64,000 nucleotides of DNA. Source: the human T2T-CHM13v2.0 reference genome, Homo sapiens. Below the pieces are notes generated by a model. The model saw only the letters and a program-made list of their open reading frames with translations. It had not been told where the DNA came from and did not search any database. The stretch lies in NCBI RefSeq assembly GCF_009914755.1, contig NC_060930.1; one strand, given 5' to 3'. Both the position numbers and the translations under genes were made by a program. Positions 26,981 to 42,436 of this stretch are shown one piece after another (the first letter of the stretch is position 1; the number at the start of each line of letters is the position of its first letter).

Positions 26981-27250
26981 TTCACGCAGTCTGGAGTTGT
27001 CATGATCAATCATAGCCTACTGCAGCCTCGACATCCTAGGCTCAAGTGATTCTCCCACCTCAGCCTTACAAGTAGCTAGGACTACAGTCACACATCACCA
27101 TTCTCAGCTAATTTTTTTAAGAAGCATTTTTATAGAGATGGAGTCTTGCTATATTGTGCAGGCTGGGCTCAAACTACAGGGCTTAAACAATTCTCCTGCT
27201 TTGGCCTCCCAAAGTGCTGGGATTCCAGGCATGAACCACCATGCTCAGTC
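26981..27250 (-). mobile_element. AluJ, 3' end disrupted
   Basis: GGCTCAAGTGATTCTCCCACCTCAGCC..CTCCCAAAGTGCTGGGATT. Confidence 0.88.
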
Positions 27251-27427
27251 TCTACATGTTCCTAAAGAGGAGTTTTGAATATTGAAGAACAGTATTTTCA
27301 AATTACATTATTCAAGTTATAAAAACTGATATCCAGGGTTATGTGGCAATGACGTAAAAATTTGAATTGTTATTTTTTTGACACATGTTCTGTGTTGTCC
27401 ATCAGTTCATCTGAGTTCCAAATGTCC

Positions 27428-27480
27428 CAGCCGTTTTATGCTTTGTCTCTGTTTCCCAGAGACCCTGAGTGTGGTCTGGA
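27428..27480 (+). other. ESR1: PvuII (rs2234693, c.453-397) C allele and XbaI (rs9340799, c.453-351) G allele
   Basis: 27829-397=27432 reads CAGCCG rather than CAGCTG; 27829-351=27478 reads TCTGGA rather than TCTAGA. Confidence 0.93.
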
Positions 27481-27790
27481 GTTGGGATGAGCATTGGTCT
27501 CTAATGGTTCTGAAATAATTGTATATTCCTGCAAAAACATTAAGTCTATTAGAAACCAGCTAATTTCATTTTGTCATTTTTATAGGTAACATATTCTGGT
27601 GCAGGTAGTATGTTTTTAAAACAAGTTTGCAATAAACAATTTCCCCTCAAGGTTAATATAATAGGCAACACCTTTTGCTGCAACAGACGGCAAGAGGTAA
27701 TGAAAGATTAGCTTACATTATGATTCATTATTTCAAAATGTCAGGATAAAGTGGATCTGCTGCATCTCCCAGAGAGTGCATGTTTTGCTT

Positions 27791-27828
27791 TTCTAATGTT
27801 AATGGATTTACTGTTTTTTTCCCCCCAG
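27791..27828 (+). promoter_or_regulatory. Branch point, polypyrimidine tract and 3' splice site
   Basis: TTCTAAT (branch A ~27796), then TTTTTTTCCCCCCAG. Confidence 0.8.
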
Positions 27829-28019
27829 GCCAAATTCAGATAATCGACGCCAGGGTGGCAGAGAAAGATTGGCCAGTACCAATGACAAGGGAAGTATGGC
27901 TATGGAATCTGCCAAGGAGACTCGCTACTGTGCAGTGTGCAATGACTATGCTTCAGGCTACCATTATGGAGTCTGGTCCTGTGAGGGCTGCAAGGCCTTC
28001 TTCAAGAGAAGTATTCAAG
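27829..28019 (+). CDS. ESR1: Estrogen receptor alpha, second coding exon (191 nt; codons 151-215, split at both ends)
   Basis: Translates (R)[63 protein letters not shown](G), the ERalpha sequence with the first C4 zinc finger and the EGCKA P-box. Flanked by polypyrimidine tract + AG (27827-28) and GTAATA donor (28020). Confidence 0.99.
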
Positions 28020-29702
28020 GTAATAGTGTGTTGAAAACGACTTCTATTTTTGATCCTATGAGCAGATCCTAAGAGCCAAAGCGACTGAGGAAGGAAGACA
28101 TAGAATCAGCCATTTGTACAAAACATGAATCCCTAGTAGGTCCACTAGTATCTTTGGTAGAAACATGGAGAAGAGACAGGATCTCAGGAGAAGGAGTTGA
28201 CACATGGCAGGGCAGCTGAGGCTGAGTAATTCCGCTTCCTTCCTTTGGCAAGACTCAATCAGTCTTGAGCAACTCTACAGAAGAATTCCACTAGCTGGAT
28301 CTCTGAGGAAAAAAGAAATGTTGTCTGTGCCCTGATTGGGGAATGCCAGATGGACATTCATGTTTGGTAGGCAACTTTGCCTATATGATCTGGTATATGC
28401 TGTTAATTGTCCATGCATAATTATCTCTCTACTCAGGCCTTGTCCAGGCAAATATTCTGTTTTGTTCTAGTTTAGCTTGTTCTCCCCTTTCTCTCTTCCA
28501 TCTCTTTCTTGTCTCAATGGATGACAGGATATTTTGCTATGAGCTGACTCAGTGGTTGGTGTCTTGTAATGGGGAGATATCATCTTTATCAAACAGTTAT
28601 TAAGTATCTACCTGTAGCATTTCATTTTCCCGCCTGCCTCCATTCTTTTCTTGTCTATAGTTTGCCAATTATAGCTAATATACGGAGAGCTATACTTTAT
28701 TTCTACTCCAGAAATGTCTCTATTATTGCATTATAATAGGATACCCTGGGGAAACACTAATCATTTTTACTACCTAAAATACCTATGCTGAATATCCTTT
28801 ATCTGATAGGAACAGAGATCTGACAGCAGCTTAGGCTAACCAAATTCATTTTTTATCTTAAGTGTGGGGCATTTTTCTCTCTTCTTATTCTTTACCTTTT
28901 CAGCTTAAGTGAAGGTTAGTATAAACACTAAGAATATTTCTGATGGAGTTTTCATGTGATTCCTTCTACAAAAACCCAGATTTAAGTAACTTGTTGAAAA
29001 CCAGAGTCCGCTAAGTTAATAAACACTGATTGAAGAAGTGATTCTCATGGACTTTCTGTGATAGCTCTTTCCTGCCCTGATATGAGATGAAAGCTGGGGG
29101 ATGGTATATAGTATTTATTTTTCCTTCCGTTGCCAGTGGGACTTTTTTTTTTTTTTTAAAAGCTGTTCATATCTTAATCGAGTAGCATGTGAGGTCAACA
29201 TGGTCTATTTTAAAAGCATTTTCTTCGACACATTGCTTTTAACATCTTTTAGAACTCTGCTGTGAGACACATGGACTTTTTTGTTGGTATTTTTATACAA
29301 TTAATGATATTCTCAATAGTAATCTTTGTGTGTGTATATATATAGAAATAAATTCTAAATGTAAGTTAATATATTTATTATTTTTCTAAACATATATAAA
29401 TATATATATGCACACAGGCTATTTAATTTTATTAGATGATGCTATTTTAATTCAGAAAAAAATGACATTTATATTTTGATTTAGGTTAGTATAAGCCCTT
29501 AGAGGTGTTTTGACAACTCTCTTAATTTGTGGTTTTACTGTTTATTTGATTTTATATAATCTAAAATACCATTGTTTTTACCAAGCATTTAATTTGGCAG
29601 TGAAAGAGCGTCTGACAGAGGTATGGTTAGTAGATAGGTCTAACTGCACAACTGGATGGATTGAGCTGAGACTGTTTCCTCATCAGTAAAAATGATTTGA
29701 AG

Positions 29703-29904
29703 CAGTGGTTGGCAAAGTTTTTCTGTAAAGGGCCAGATAATAATATTTTAGGCTTTACAAGGGCCATGCAGTCTCTGTTGCAGCTACCGAACTGGATTAT
29801 AGCCTGTAAGGTGACCTGTAAACACATGGAAGTGATTATGTGCTAATAAAACTTTATTTATCAGAATAGGTAACAGATCAGCCCTGGCCCGTGGCCGATC
29901 CCTG
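29703..29904 (+). mobile_element. MER58A-like hAT MITE
   Basis: CAGTGGTTGGCAAA..CTGTAAAGGGCCAGATA..AATAAAACTTTATTTA..GATCCCTG. Confidence 0.75.
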
Positions 29905-30520
29905 ATTTAATGTTTATTTATCTGATCTAAATACCTTTATTTATGGAAGGGAATAGGGGATTTTTAAATCTAAAGTTTTGATTATTCACATTTTACTGAG
30001 AACTTACTCTATACCTGATTAGATGTTCCGAGAGAAATAAAAAAAAAGTGTAAGACATAATCCATAATACCACAAAATTTAAAATGTATTTAGGAAATTT
30101 ATTTGAGGAAGTAAATGTACTTGTTCTCATGATACAATCAGAAAGTAAGTCAGTATTGATAAAGTGTTACCTGTATGAGAAAGATAAGGAAAACAATAGA
30201 GAGATGTAAGAAATGAAAATACCAGTTATAAATTAAAATTATTAAGATTGAAAGTGGAAATGATCTTCCTCCGAGAAACAATGGCAATATTCTCACAAAT
30301 TTTTTACATCATTTTTGTTCAGCATTTAAGATAAAATTATATAAATTCCCATAACATTTAGTATTGTCTCTAAGCATTAAGAACAGAAAAAACAGAAGGA
30401 AAATATATTTCTAAAAATCAACGAATACAGTGTGAGATGTTTCATTGGTATGGCATTATCTCAAGTTCAAACATTTTGAAAAATGTCTGCTTACTCTTTG
30501 ATAGTTAAAAACAAGTATCT

Positions 30521-30958
<438 letters not shown>

Positions 30959-32572
30959 TTATCTTAGGCTTTTAAAATGGGATAAATATTGAGTCCAAAG
31001 TTCTGGAAGAAGCCTAGAAAGAAGGCAGAGTTATTAACTTTTAGATATAGGGAGGAACCTTAAAATTATTCAGTTCTTCATTCATTCACTTATTCATTGA
31101 CTAGCTTTACTAACAAAGCCCTATGCAAGACCCTGGAAATGCAATGATAGAAAAACCTGGTCCCTACCCTCACAGAACTTGTGAGGTAAAGGGGGATACA
31201 GACTGATAAACCAGCAATTAGATGATGGTGTCAAGATAGAGGTGAAGGCAGTGTCTTATAGGATCCAAACTCCACTCAGTCCTGGTGGTGGTTGAGTCTG
31301 GCTATCAGAGGTTTCCTGATTAAATCTGGAGGGTGAGTCAAGGGAGCATGGTGAAGAAGGAGGGAATGCATGTTTAGCCATGTGAATGAGTCCATGAGTG
31401 AAGACCAAGAGGAAAGGCAGAGCGCGGGGAATTCTATGCGTAATATTTAACAAAATTAATGTACTGTTAAACAAAGACATTTCTGGGCCATGGATTTAAT
31501 CCTAGACTGTGTAAAAACCAAGTAATTGATTTCCTTTATACTTTAAAAGCATTTCCATGTATTTGATTTGTTTGTGTGTATAAAAGGGAAATACCACAAC
31601 AAGTTTAAGGGTTTCTAGTTCTGCTTTCTCATCATAGTCTTGATAACTTGGAACTAAAAAGTTTTTGCTGAAATTGTCTGTGACTCTTTATAAATCACAC
31701 TGCCCCTCAAACACATTTAAGGATGGTGAAGGGTCTGACACGTAGGTGGGAAGTTCTGAAGATGCCGCAGCTCTCCCTGTTTTCCTTGTTACTTAAGAAG
31801 AGAGCTAGAAATGAGTGTACATCAGATTATTCTCATGTTCTAAGTGTTTTGGTTGAAGAGGTAAAGTGTTTGGCTTGAAAGCATACAAATTTTCATCCAC
31901 TACTTAGTGTACAAACTTGATTACTTAAGAGATTGAGTAATGGCCTCCAGTGAAACGCATTCTTTTTAAAAAGCAAAGTGAAGGATGCTATTTAAGTCAG
32001 AAGGGGCAAAATTGGATATTTTATGAGTTTATTAATCATTGCAGGCATAGAAGTAGTGTTCCTTAAGATGTGTTTTAGACAGAGTCCCTGGGATGAGTTA
32101 TATAAGCAGATCTGGTTGTAGCTTCAGCAGCCAGATACTACCTTTGAGTATTACTTCAAGGAAAAAGGACTCCACTGAGCTCACTGCTTCTCTTTCATTA
32201 TTATTTCAGAAGGTTGTGTGGCGTAGAGGGGGCTCAGGCCTACCTATACACCACTAGCTATGTTGCCATTTTATATTATTTCTATAAGGTGCCAACAGAA
32301 GCTGCTCATCAGATCAGACAGACATAGCCCAGGCAAGTATTGATTTACAGATGATCTTTGGCCAGGAAGACATGGTATCAGGGTAGAGTCTGGTTATGGG
32401 TCAATGCAGTGGGGACCTTAGGTCCTACAGGTATAACTGAGAGCCTGATCCACCAGGCCTTAGAAAGCTTCAGGGTGAGACAGTCCAGCACCCTGGATAG
32501 CTCCTTTAACAGCTGTGGCCGGTAAGCAGGCACTTATTTGCTTAAGAACTCACGCCCATTTAGCTGGCTTCA

Positions 32573-33730
<1,158 letters not shown>

Positions 33731-34595
33731 AAAAAGAGATCTTAGTTCTTTTGGGCTTGGGGACTCACTCTTGTTCACTTAAAGTGGATTGGTTCTTACA
33801 TTTATTTTCATAGTTGTGTCTGGTCACCTTCTGGCTTGATGTATGCCCCTATGTCTGGAAAAGGTTAGAGAATGGGGTAGAAGTGGAGGCTGCCCGCCCA
33901 TCATGTAACTGTTTTATCTTTTCAGAGATACAATTGGGATCCTAACTCTTTGGTCTCCGTATTTCCACACTTGCTCTTATACGATTCAGTTTCCATGCAA
34001 CAGCAGGAGAGATATTTTAGATATATTAATCAGGTCCTATGGTCTTGAGTTTACAGCTCTCAGTGTAAATCTTACTCTCAAGAGAAAAATTTTCCTTCTG
34101 CAGCTGAAAACATTCGACATATTCTCTCTCCTATTCCTTCTCCCCCATTCACTGTACTCCAGGCACACCAGCTTTTATTTTTATTTATTTTTTGCTATTC
34201 CCCCCAACACGCCAACATGTTCCTTCCTCAGGATCTCAGCACATGTGGTTCCCTTTTTCCCTTTGCTTGAAATACCCAGATCTTTACTTGGCTGGTTTCT
34301 TGTCATTCAGATTCTGCCCAAAGTCACTTTCTCAGAAGTAGTATTACCCTTCCACGAGTAATACTACTCTTACTTCTCTTTACAGCTCTCAAATTCTTAT
34401 GAAGTTTTCCTATTTATTCATTTGTTTGATTATTGTCTGTCTGCATCAGGTACCGTGCAAACTTGGATGTAAACTCAGTGATAGCTGATTTCTGTTCAGC
34501 ATTGTTTGTTGCTATAGCTCCAGTGCTTTTAGTCATGTTGGGCACGTCCCTACTAAATAGTAGAATATGGCGAAGGGTCAGAGTCATGATAGATA

Positions 34596-34891
34596 GCCGG
34601 ATGTGGTGGCTCATGCCTATAATCCCAGCACTTTGGTAGGCTGAGATGGGCAGATCACGAGGTCAGGAGTTCAAGACCAGCCTGACCAACATGGTGAAAC
34701 CCTGTCTCTACTAAAAATACAAAAATTAGCCAGTTGTGATGGCATGTGCCTGTAATCCCAGCTACTCAGGAGACTGAGGCAGGATAATTGCTTGAACTCG
34801 GGAGGTGGAGGTTGCAGTGAGCTGAGATCGCGACACTGCACTCCAGCCTGGGCGACAGAGTGAGACTTCATCTCAAAAAAAAAAAATAATA
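34596..34891 (+). mobile_element. AluS (Sg-like)
   Basis: Dimeric Alu; TSD ATGATAGATA. Confidence 0.93.
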
Positions 34892-35205
34892 ATGATAGAT
34901 AAAAACTGCTAGAGGCTCTCTGAGAAGGAAGAAATGTCACTGGGTTAGGTTGGTAAGAGAAGTGTTAATGCAAGTGGTACATTTGATATAAGCATGCAAA
35001 TAAATGGTAGTTTGGAGGAAAATTCCAGAAATGTGAAACAGTATTGAGAAATTGAGTAAGCCAGCTTTGAGAGAACACACGGCTTATTGTCCTCTCCTTC
35101 TGTTTTGCTCCTCAGCTCTCTAAAGTGGGCATTCTCTAGGGTCCTGTCTTCAATCTCAGCTTCTTTTTCTTCTTCATCCTTCTCTTTCCACCTAGTTTCC
35201 TAGGG

Positions 35206-35449
35206 AATTATATATATATATATATAATTTTGTATATATATACAAAATTATATATATATATAATTTTATATATATATAATTTTATATATATATAAAAAAT
35301 TATATATATATATAATTTTATATATATACAAAATTATATATATATTATTTTATATGCATATAAAATAATATATATATAATTTTATATGCATATAAAATAA
35401 TATATATATATTATTTTATATGCATATAAAATAATATATATATATATAT
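35206..35449. repeat. Palindromic AT-rich (TA)n array
   Basis: Perfect 50-bp palindrome 35213-35262 and three TTTTATATGCATATAAAA palindromes. Confidence 0.92.
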
Positions 35450-35452
35450 GTC

Positions 35453-35860
35453 TGGTACAGGCTGAATTGTGTCTCCCAGAAAGATATGTTGAAGTCCTAA
35501 TGCTCAGTGCCTCAGAATGTGACCTTATTTGGAAATAATGTCATTCCAGGTGTAATTAGTTAAGGTGAAGTTATACTGTGGTGTAACCCACAGTATACTT
35601 CCAGTATATACTTCAGTATATGGGCCCTTAATCTAATGTGACTGATATCTTTAGAATAAGAAGAAAATTTGGACACAAACACAGAGAAGAGAATGTCATA
35701 TGATAACAGAGAGAGAGAGAGAGAAGAGAGAGAGGGAGGAGAGAGAGGGAGGAGAGAGAGGGAGGAGAGAGAGAGAGAGAAGGAGAAAGAAAGAGAGGAG
35801 ACAGAAGAGAAACATCTACAAAGCAAGGAACACCAAAGATTGCTGGTGCCTAGGAAACTA
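35453..35860 (+). mobile_element. MLT1 (MaLR) LTR containing a (GA)n tract at ~35708-35805
   Basis: GGCTGAATTGTGTCTCCC..GTGACCTTATTTGGAAATA..GGAACACCAAAGATTGCTGG. Confidence 0.8.
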
Positions 35861-36855
35861 ATATAATAACATAATATTTGGGGCCTAAAGTGTTACAGCT
35901 GCACCAATATCTCCCAAATCTTGCTCCTAGCTCCTGCCCCAGCCTGATTTTCTCAGTGACTCCCCTGTGTTTCCCTCTGCCACCAGCCCCTCCTTCTGCC
36001 TGCTGTGTGTGACAGTTCCCTTGCCACTCCCTCCGGCATCCGTACTTCAAACTGGGGAGTTAGTTATTTCCATTGTTTCTTATTGCGGCCTCTGGCTCTG
36101 ACGTTTCCAGAGCTGTTGCATAGCTCTATTGAGTCTATCTCCTTAAATGCATTTTCATCCACTTACCATTGCTGAGTTAGCTGCATTACCTTTCACCAGG
36201 ATGCTTGCAATAATTTATTGTTTCCATTTGCCTTCTCCTTCATCTAAGCCGTTTGCTTATGTCTTTTTTCTTGTTGCGAGACATTCTGCACATTGCCACT
36301 CTATTAGTGGTCATAAAGCAAATCACTGATCATGTCAATACGCAGTACAAGATCCTTTAATGACCTCCATAGCCCATGGAATGGTCCTTAAACAAGAGTT
36401 CAAGGACTGCCACAATCTTGTTCTAGCCTATCTTTCTAGTCATTTTAAAGTCACCATTTTTACTTGTGAAATAGGCACTCCAGACACAGTGAATTCCTTG
36501 TTCTTCTACAAATATGATGATTCCATTTCTTTGCTGGGAATTTCTTTCCAGATTTACCTGTAAAAATTCTTCGAACCCTAATCAAAAGTGACTGTTGTTA
36601 AGCCCCTGAAGATAATGCAGAAATTCTCTCTCTCCTGGGACCTCGATATTAGTTTATTCCATTGTATTGCATATATTTGATTGCCCATGTTCTGTCCCAT
36701 ACTGACTGTAAAGTCCTTAAAGGTGAGGGCCCAATATTCTCAGAGTCACTCAATAAATAAATAAAAGAATAAATGGAAATTAGGATCAGTTTGTGGGCTT
36801 TAGCAACACAAAAACATTATACTTTTTCAACATGGGAGAGGTATGATGAAGGAGT

Positions 36856-37151
36856 TTTTTTTTTTTTTTTGAGACAGAGTCTCACTCTGTCACTGAGGCT
36901 GCAGTGCAGTGGCATTGTGTCAGCTCACAACAACCTCCGTCTCCTGGGTTCAAGCAATTCTCCTGCCTCAGCCTCCCGAGTAGCTAGGATTACAGGCGTC
37001 CACCACCATGCCTGGCTAGTTTTTATATTTTTAGTAGAGACGGGGTTTCACCATGTTGGCCAGGCTGGTCTTGAACTCCTGACCTCAGGTGATCTACCCG
37101 CCTTGGCCTCCCAAAGTGCTGGGATTACAGGCGTGAGCCGCCGCACCCGGC
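36856..37151 (-). mobile_element. AluSx/Sz
   Basis: Full Alu; TSD TGATGAA(G/A)GAGT. Confidence 0.94.
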
Positions 37152-38207
37152 TGATGAAAGAGTCTTTAATGCAGATTAATCTGGCAGAGGTATATAGGAG
37201 GGACCAGAGAAGGGAAAGAATCAAAGCGTGAAGACCAATTTGGCTGATATTCAACTAGCTTAGATGTACTAAAAATCTGTACTTTTTGGTATTTGTGAAA
37301 TGGAAAGAAGGGGAATAGAATAAAGGATATTATAATGAAAGGATATACATTGCTTGAAGGTAATTAAATATGGGTTATCCAGGAGATAAAAGAGTTAAAG
37401 AGGTTCAGACATAGACTGAATGAACTGAGAAATGAATGACTTGGTCACCAAGAGGAAGGCCAGTCATCAGGGGGTAGGATAAGTTCAATTCTAGACATGC
37501 TGCATTTGAGATGATAGCTGGATGTCCAGATGGAATTATCCAGCAGCCACAGAAACAGAATCAGCTCTCTGCGGATATTCCAGGGGTGGGGATTTGAATT
37601 AATTTCCTCAATTAATTTTAAAGAAACTTGATGAAAAGAATGGTCTGAATACTTCTTGAAGGTTGCACATTATTAATAATGGAGAAATAACTCTAAAACC
37701 TTCCTCTTGATTTTCATAATAATATAAGCATTCCCTGAATCTTACCAAACCTTGTAAGAAACACTCTTATTATAAAAAGTGTATGTGCAAAGCCCTTCTA
37801 AACAGGAAAATGATAAATTAGTCCTACAGGGCCAAATGCAGCTCTCTGGGAGCTTACAATTCAGAAAGAACATCCTGCTACCAGCACATTAAGCTGTACA
37901 AATAGTAAACTGCAGAAACAAATATAAGCATTTTTATGATGTCCAAACAAGAACCAAGCAGGTGTTTTTTTTTTTTTTTTTTTGCAGATTATTTATACTG
38001 TGGCAGTTCATAGCCTCCTTTTCGGACCCAGAGCTTGCATAATCCTTCCCTTATTTCTACTTACGTGTTTTACTCTCCATCATGTGTTAACATACATACT
38101 GTGCAACAGAAATGACTATGGAGGCTGAGGGCAGCAGAGTTTTAGTGTGTACACATATGAGCTGTCATGTAATTTTCAAGTGAAAGCCTTTGCAATGAAA
38201 CTTTTTA

Positions 38208-38624
<417 letters not shown>

Positions 38625-40242
38625 TCATCAGAGAAATAGAAAGACACACCATGAAAGTCAAGGCCTGAAAACCTCATTCCATGTAAGAATGACATCCCCA
38701 GTGTTAAGTGCTTGTTAGTGGTTAATGCGATCCTGTGAAACTTAGATGTGTTTGTGCACACATGCACGCATATATTTGAAGAACTCAGAAGAGTTAAATC
38801 ACAGCCTTTCAACCTGTGAAATGACAGTAGTTCTTCTTTTTTCCTCTCCCTTTGGCTAAGTCATCTTTATCTTGGAGATAATTAAGACAAAAATGCCTCT
38901 GACAAATAAAATCAGTATAGAACCCCTATTTCTTGGCAGCTTTTGTGGACACAGCTGAAGCTTTCAGAGGTCTTGAAAAACCATGGCAACAAATGCCTTT
39001 GAAGGGTAAGCAAAGGTTCCAAATGTTTTTAATCGCTGGTGTTTTTTCTGCTACCACTTCAAGCATTTTTCTTCATTTTTTGTTCATCTGATCAAAATTA
39101 AATTTCCAATTTCCCTACTAAGTGGTTCTGTCCTGGTCATGCCATTGACTATTTCCATTAAAGTAGTAGAGTTTGTGCCCACATATGGTTGTTAAGCTCA
39201 TCAACAATTCCATTAGAAAGCTTTGTTTATCAGTGGCAATAATTTCCCATAAAAATTATAGATAGGTTTTAATGGGCACATTTTCAAAAGGCATCAACTC
39301 GTCCTCAAAATTATGTGCTGACACTGTTCTTACAACCATGGTTCGTGGCCTAATTCCACCAAATTTCTCTCTTCTTCATAGAGAACTGTTGTCAGTAGCT
39401 TTATATCCTTTTAAAGAGAATGGTCTGTATCTCTGATACTCATTCAGAGAAATGAGTATTTTAGACGTAGGTTGCTAATTTTAAGCTATATACTACACTA
39501 TGTCAGCACTATATAGGTTATCTTGTAACCTGCTTGCCTGGCTATTTGGCCGAAAAATAACAACATGTAAGGAAAATCTATTTCATAAGTCTAACATTTA
39601 CTTTGTAAAACTTGTTCTGGCTACTCTGTTAATTTTCCACTTACGTGTGGGTTAGAGAGCAGATTTGATTTTTTTTTAAGCGAAAGATATGGCTTACCTG
39701 AGAAAAGAACATAGTGGGGAAAGCACTCCTATTATTTTCCTCATATTTCCATTTTCCTTTAGCGGAAATAAAAAGACATTTCAGTTTTTCAGTTGCTAAG
39801 AAATGAAGGAACCAAAGACAAAACAACTTAATTATTAAATTACAATTTATTTCTGTAATAAGCACTCGTTCTCTCTGTTTTCCTGGGGAAAGAGTATGTG
39901 GACTTTCAATTTTATCCAAATAAGCATCATCTTTCTCTGATTAGTGTGGCAGTTTCAAAATCATGTATTAGGAAGTACAGAGTGAATGAGTAGAGAATTT
40001 CTAAATTAGCACCCAAGGTTGGGTGGCTAGATTATGTTTATAAATATGAACTTTTGTATTAAGTGCAATGATTTAAAAGAATGCCTGCATCACTTTAGGG
40101 CATTTCATTAAGTGCTGTGCACAATATTTTTCCTTATACATCATAAAAGATAAATTATAGTTCATAAAATAGTATAAATTCCTAATTATTTTGTGCTTTT
40201 GACACCTCAGAGTTACTAATAAGGGATTTCGTTTTAAAATGA

Positions 40243-40541
<299 letters not shown>

Positions 40542-41282
40542 TCGTTTTAAAATAATTTAAAAGTATATTTTGCCACCACTATTAACCAGTTAAGCCATGA
40601 TGGTATATTATAATCACCATGGAGATGGTTTTTCTCTTTATTTTATTTTGTTTGTTTTCTGATTGCTAGCATGCTGATTACTCTTCCTATTCTACAAGTG
40701 CCTGCAGGCCAGCCCCATTTTTGCTCTCTTCACTTCATTTTTCATTTCTCCCTGTTTCACTCTTCATAGCACATTTGTACTCTGTCCACACCTAGAGACC
40801 TCCCTGTTGAAGTTCTTCACATTCTCTTCCCTAGAGAGGGTTAACTTGTTGAGCTCAGAGACTTAAACTTAAAATAAAATGTAACAGATATGTATTGAAT
40901 GACTATTTTATTTTAGCTCTAGGAGAAATGCAAAGATATATCATCCATAGACCCTGAAATCCAGCTAAGGGTTCTGCTTATACACAAGGTGAAAGGTTGT
41001 GATAATGCACATTAAACAATAGAAGAGTTAAATTCAGCACTATAAGTGATGCCTCAAAGCAGCATAATGGGAAAAAGGGGTATTTCAGAAAAAAATGGTA
41101 TGAGTTCAGAGGCAAGAGAAAACAGAATGCTCTAGATTAAACTCAAAGACTTTATGGAGGAGGTGGTGTTTCAATAGATACCTTTCCACAGAACCATGAA
41201 GAGAGTTCTACTTAATTGTAAGTGGCCTGTGATTTGTCGTTAGTCATTGCATGCTCAATTCTGCATGTGTGATAACTGTGTA

Positions 41283-41322
41283 TTTTTATGGCAAAATCGC
41301 AATTACTTTTGCACCAACCTAA
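41283..41322. mobile_element. Half MADE1 (single Hsmar1 TIR)
   Basis: ATGGCAAAATCGCAATTACTTTTGCACCAACCTAA followed by TA. Confidence 0.85.
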
Positions 41323-42436
41323 TAGAATAGTGTGGGTTTAAAAAAACTATTTGTAATATATTCGAACATATTTCTTATATATATGTTTCACCATCATTAG
41401 CAGTAAATCTATTTTGCATCCAGAGATTGAATAATATTTTGTTTCTAGGATGTGAGTGATGTACTATTTTAACTTACTTTTGAAGTTTGACATGGGAGTG
41501 ATATTAATAAAATCTAAAGATGCTCCTAAAGAGGAGCAATAGATAATGTAGGTATAGATAATGTAGCTATTATGGAGGTAAGTGTATTTGATACTTTTTA
41601 TTATGATATGAAGGGAAACAACTAGTCCCAAGCTACAATTTATTAAGGTAGGCTTAGCTTATACGCCATAATTTTTATGTTTGCAACTTTCTTGATTTTC
41701 TTCCTCTGGCTTTACTTCTATGAGATATTTATGAAAGGATGTTTTTAAAAATGGCTAGAGACTTTTGCTTCTAAGAGTTGACATAAACTTTTCCACAACA
41801 TGAACAATTAGTAGATGATACACTTAGATACACTCTTGAATTTTTAAAATTGTGGCCGTAAAACTGATCTCAGAGAAGGAAGAAAATGCTTTGGCCAGCT
41901 TTTATCAATTATATACAACGTGTTTGGAAGATTTCAGTTCCTCTCGCCTTCTTTCTCCCTATATAATACTTTTTCTTAAGGTTGGTACTATTGATGCACT
42001 TGGTGTAAACACATGAGATAATAGCAAAATATGAATCTAGGTCCCAGAAATGGGCTTCTTTCACTCTGCCACCTGTTCTGACTGCATTTCTCCTGACTTT
42101 CTGTAAATCCCGGGGAGGAGCTGGAAGAGCAAGGTGTGTGCTAGCATAACTTTGGGGATGAAGTACCCTTCTTTTTTTCTGATTTTGTTCCCACATCTCC
42201 TTACTGGACCAAGTAAGGGCATCAGTGTCAAACTTCCTGATTGAAGATACATTTTTGCCCTACCATGAAGGGCTCTGGGTAACATTTATTGCTTATAAAA
42301 TGCTTTTTTGGTGGCTACTTTGTTTCTGAATATAAGGCAAGATAAAAAGTTTGATTCAAGAGTTTCTTGTAAACACTTTGTGTGTGCGTGTGTATTCATA
42401 TATGGCTGCACACGTACATAAGTCCATACATAAGTA

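Noticed and set aside
27780-28034. 84-aa ORF overlapping the exon
   Set aside because: Alternative frame beginning in the intron; no evidence of use
36773-37231. 152-aa ORF and similar Alu-frame ORFs (30581, 42845, 53324, 53412)
   Set aside because: Typical antisense Alu translations
41521-41570. Small hairpin and 15-bp tandem repeat; similar micro-duplications at ~5034, 35590, 52841, 59399
   Set aside because: Ordinary slippage-scale events
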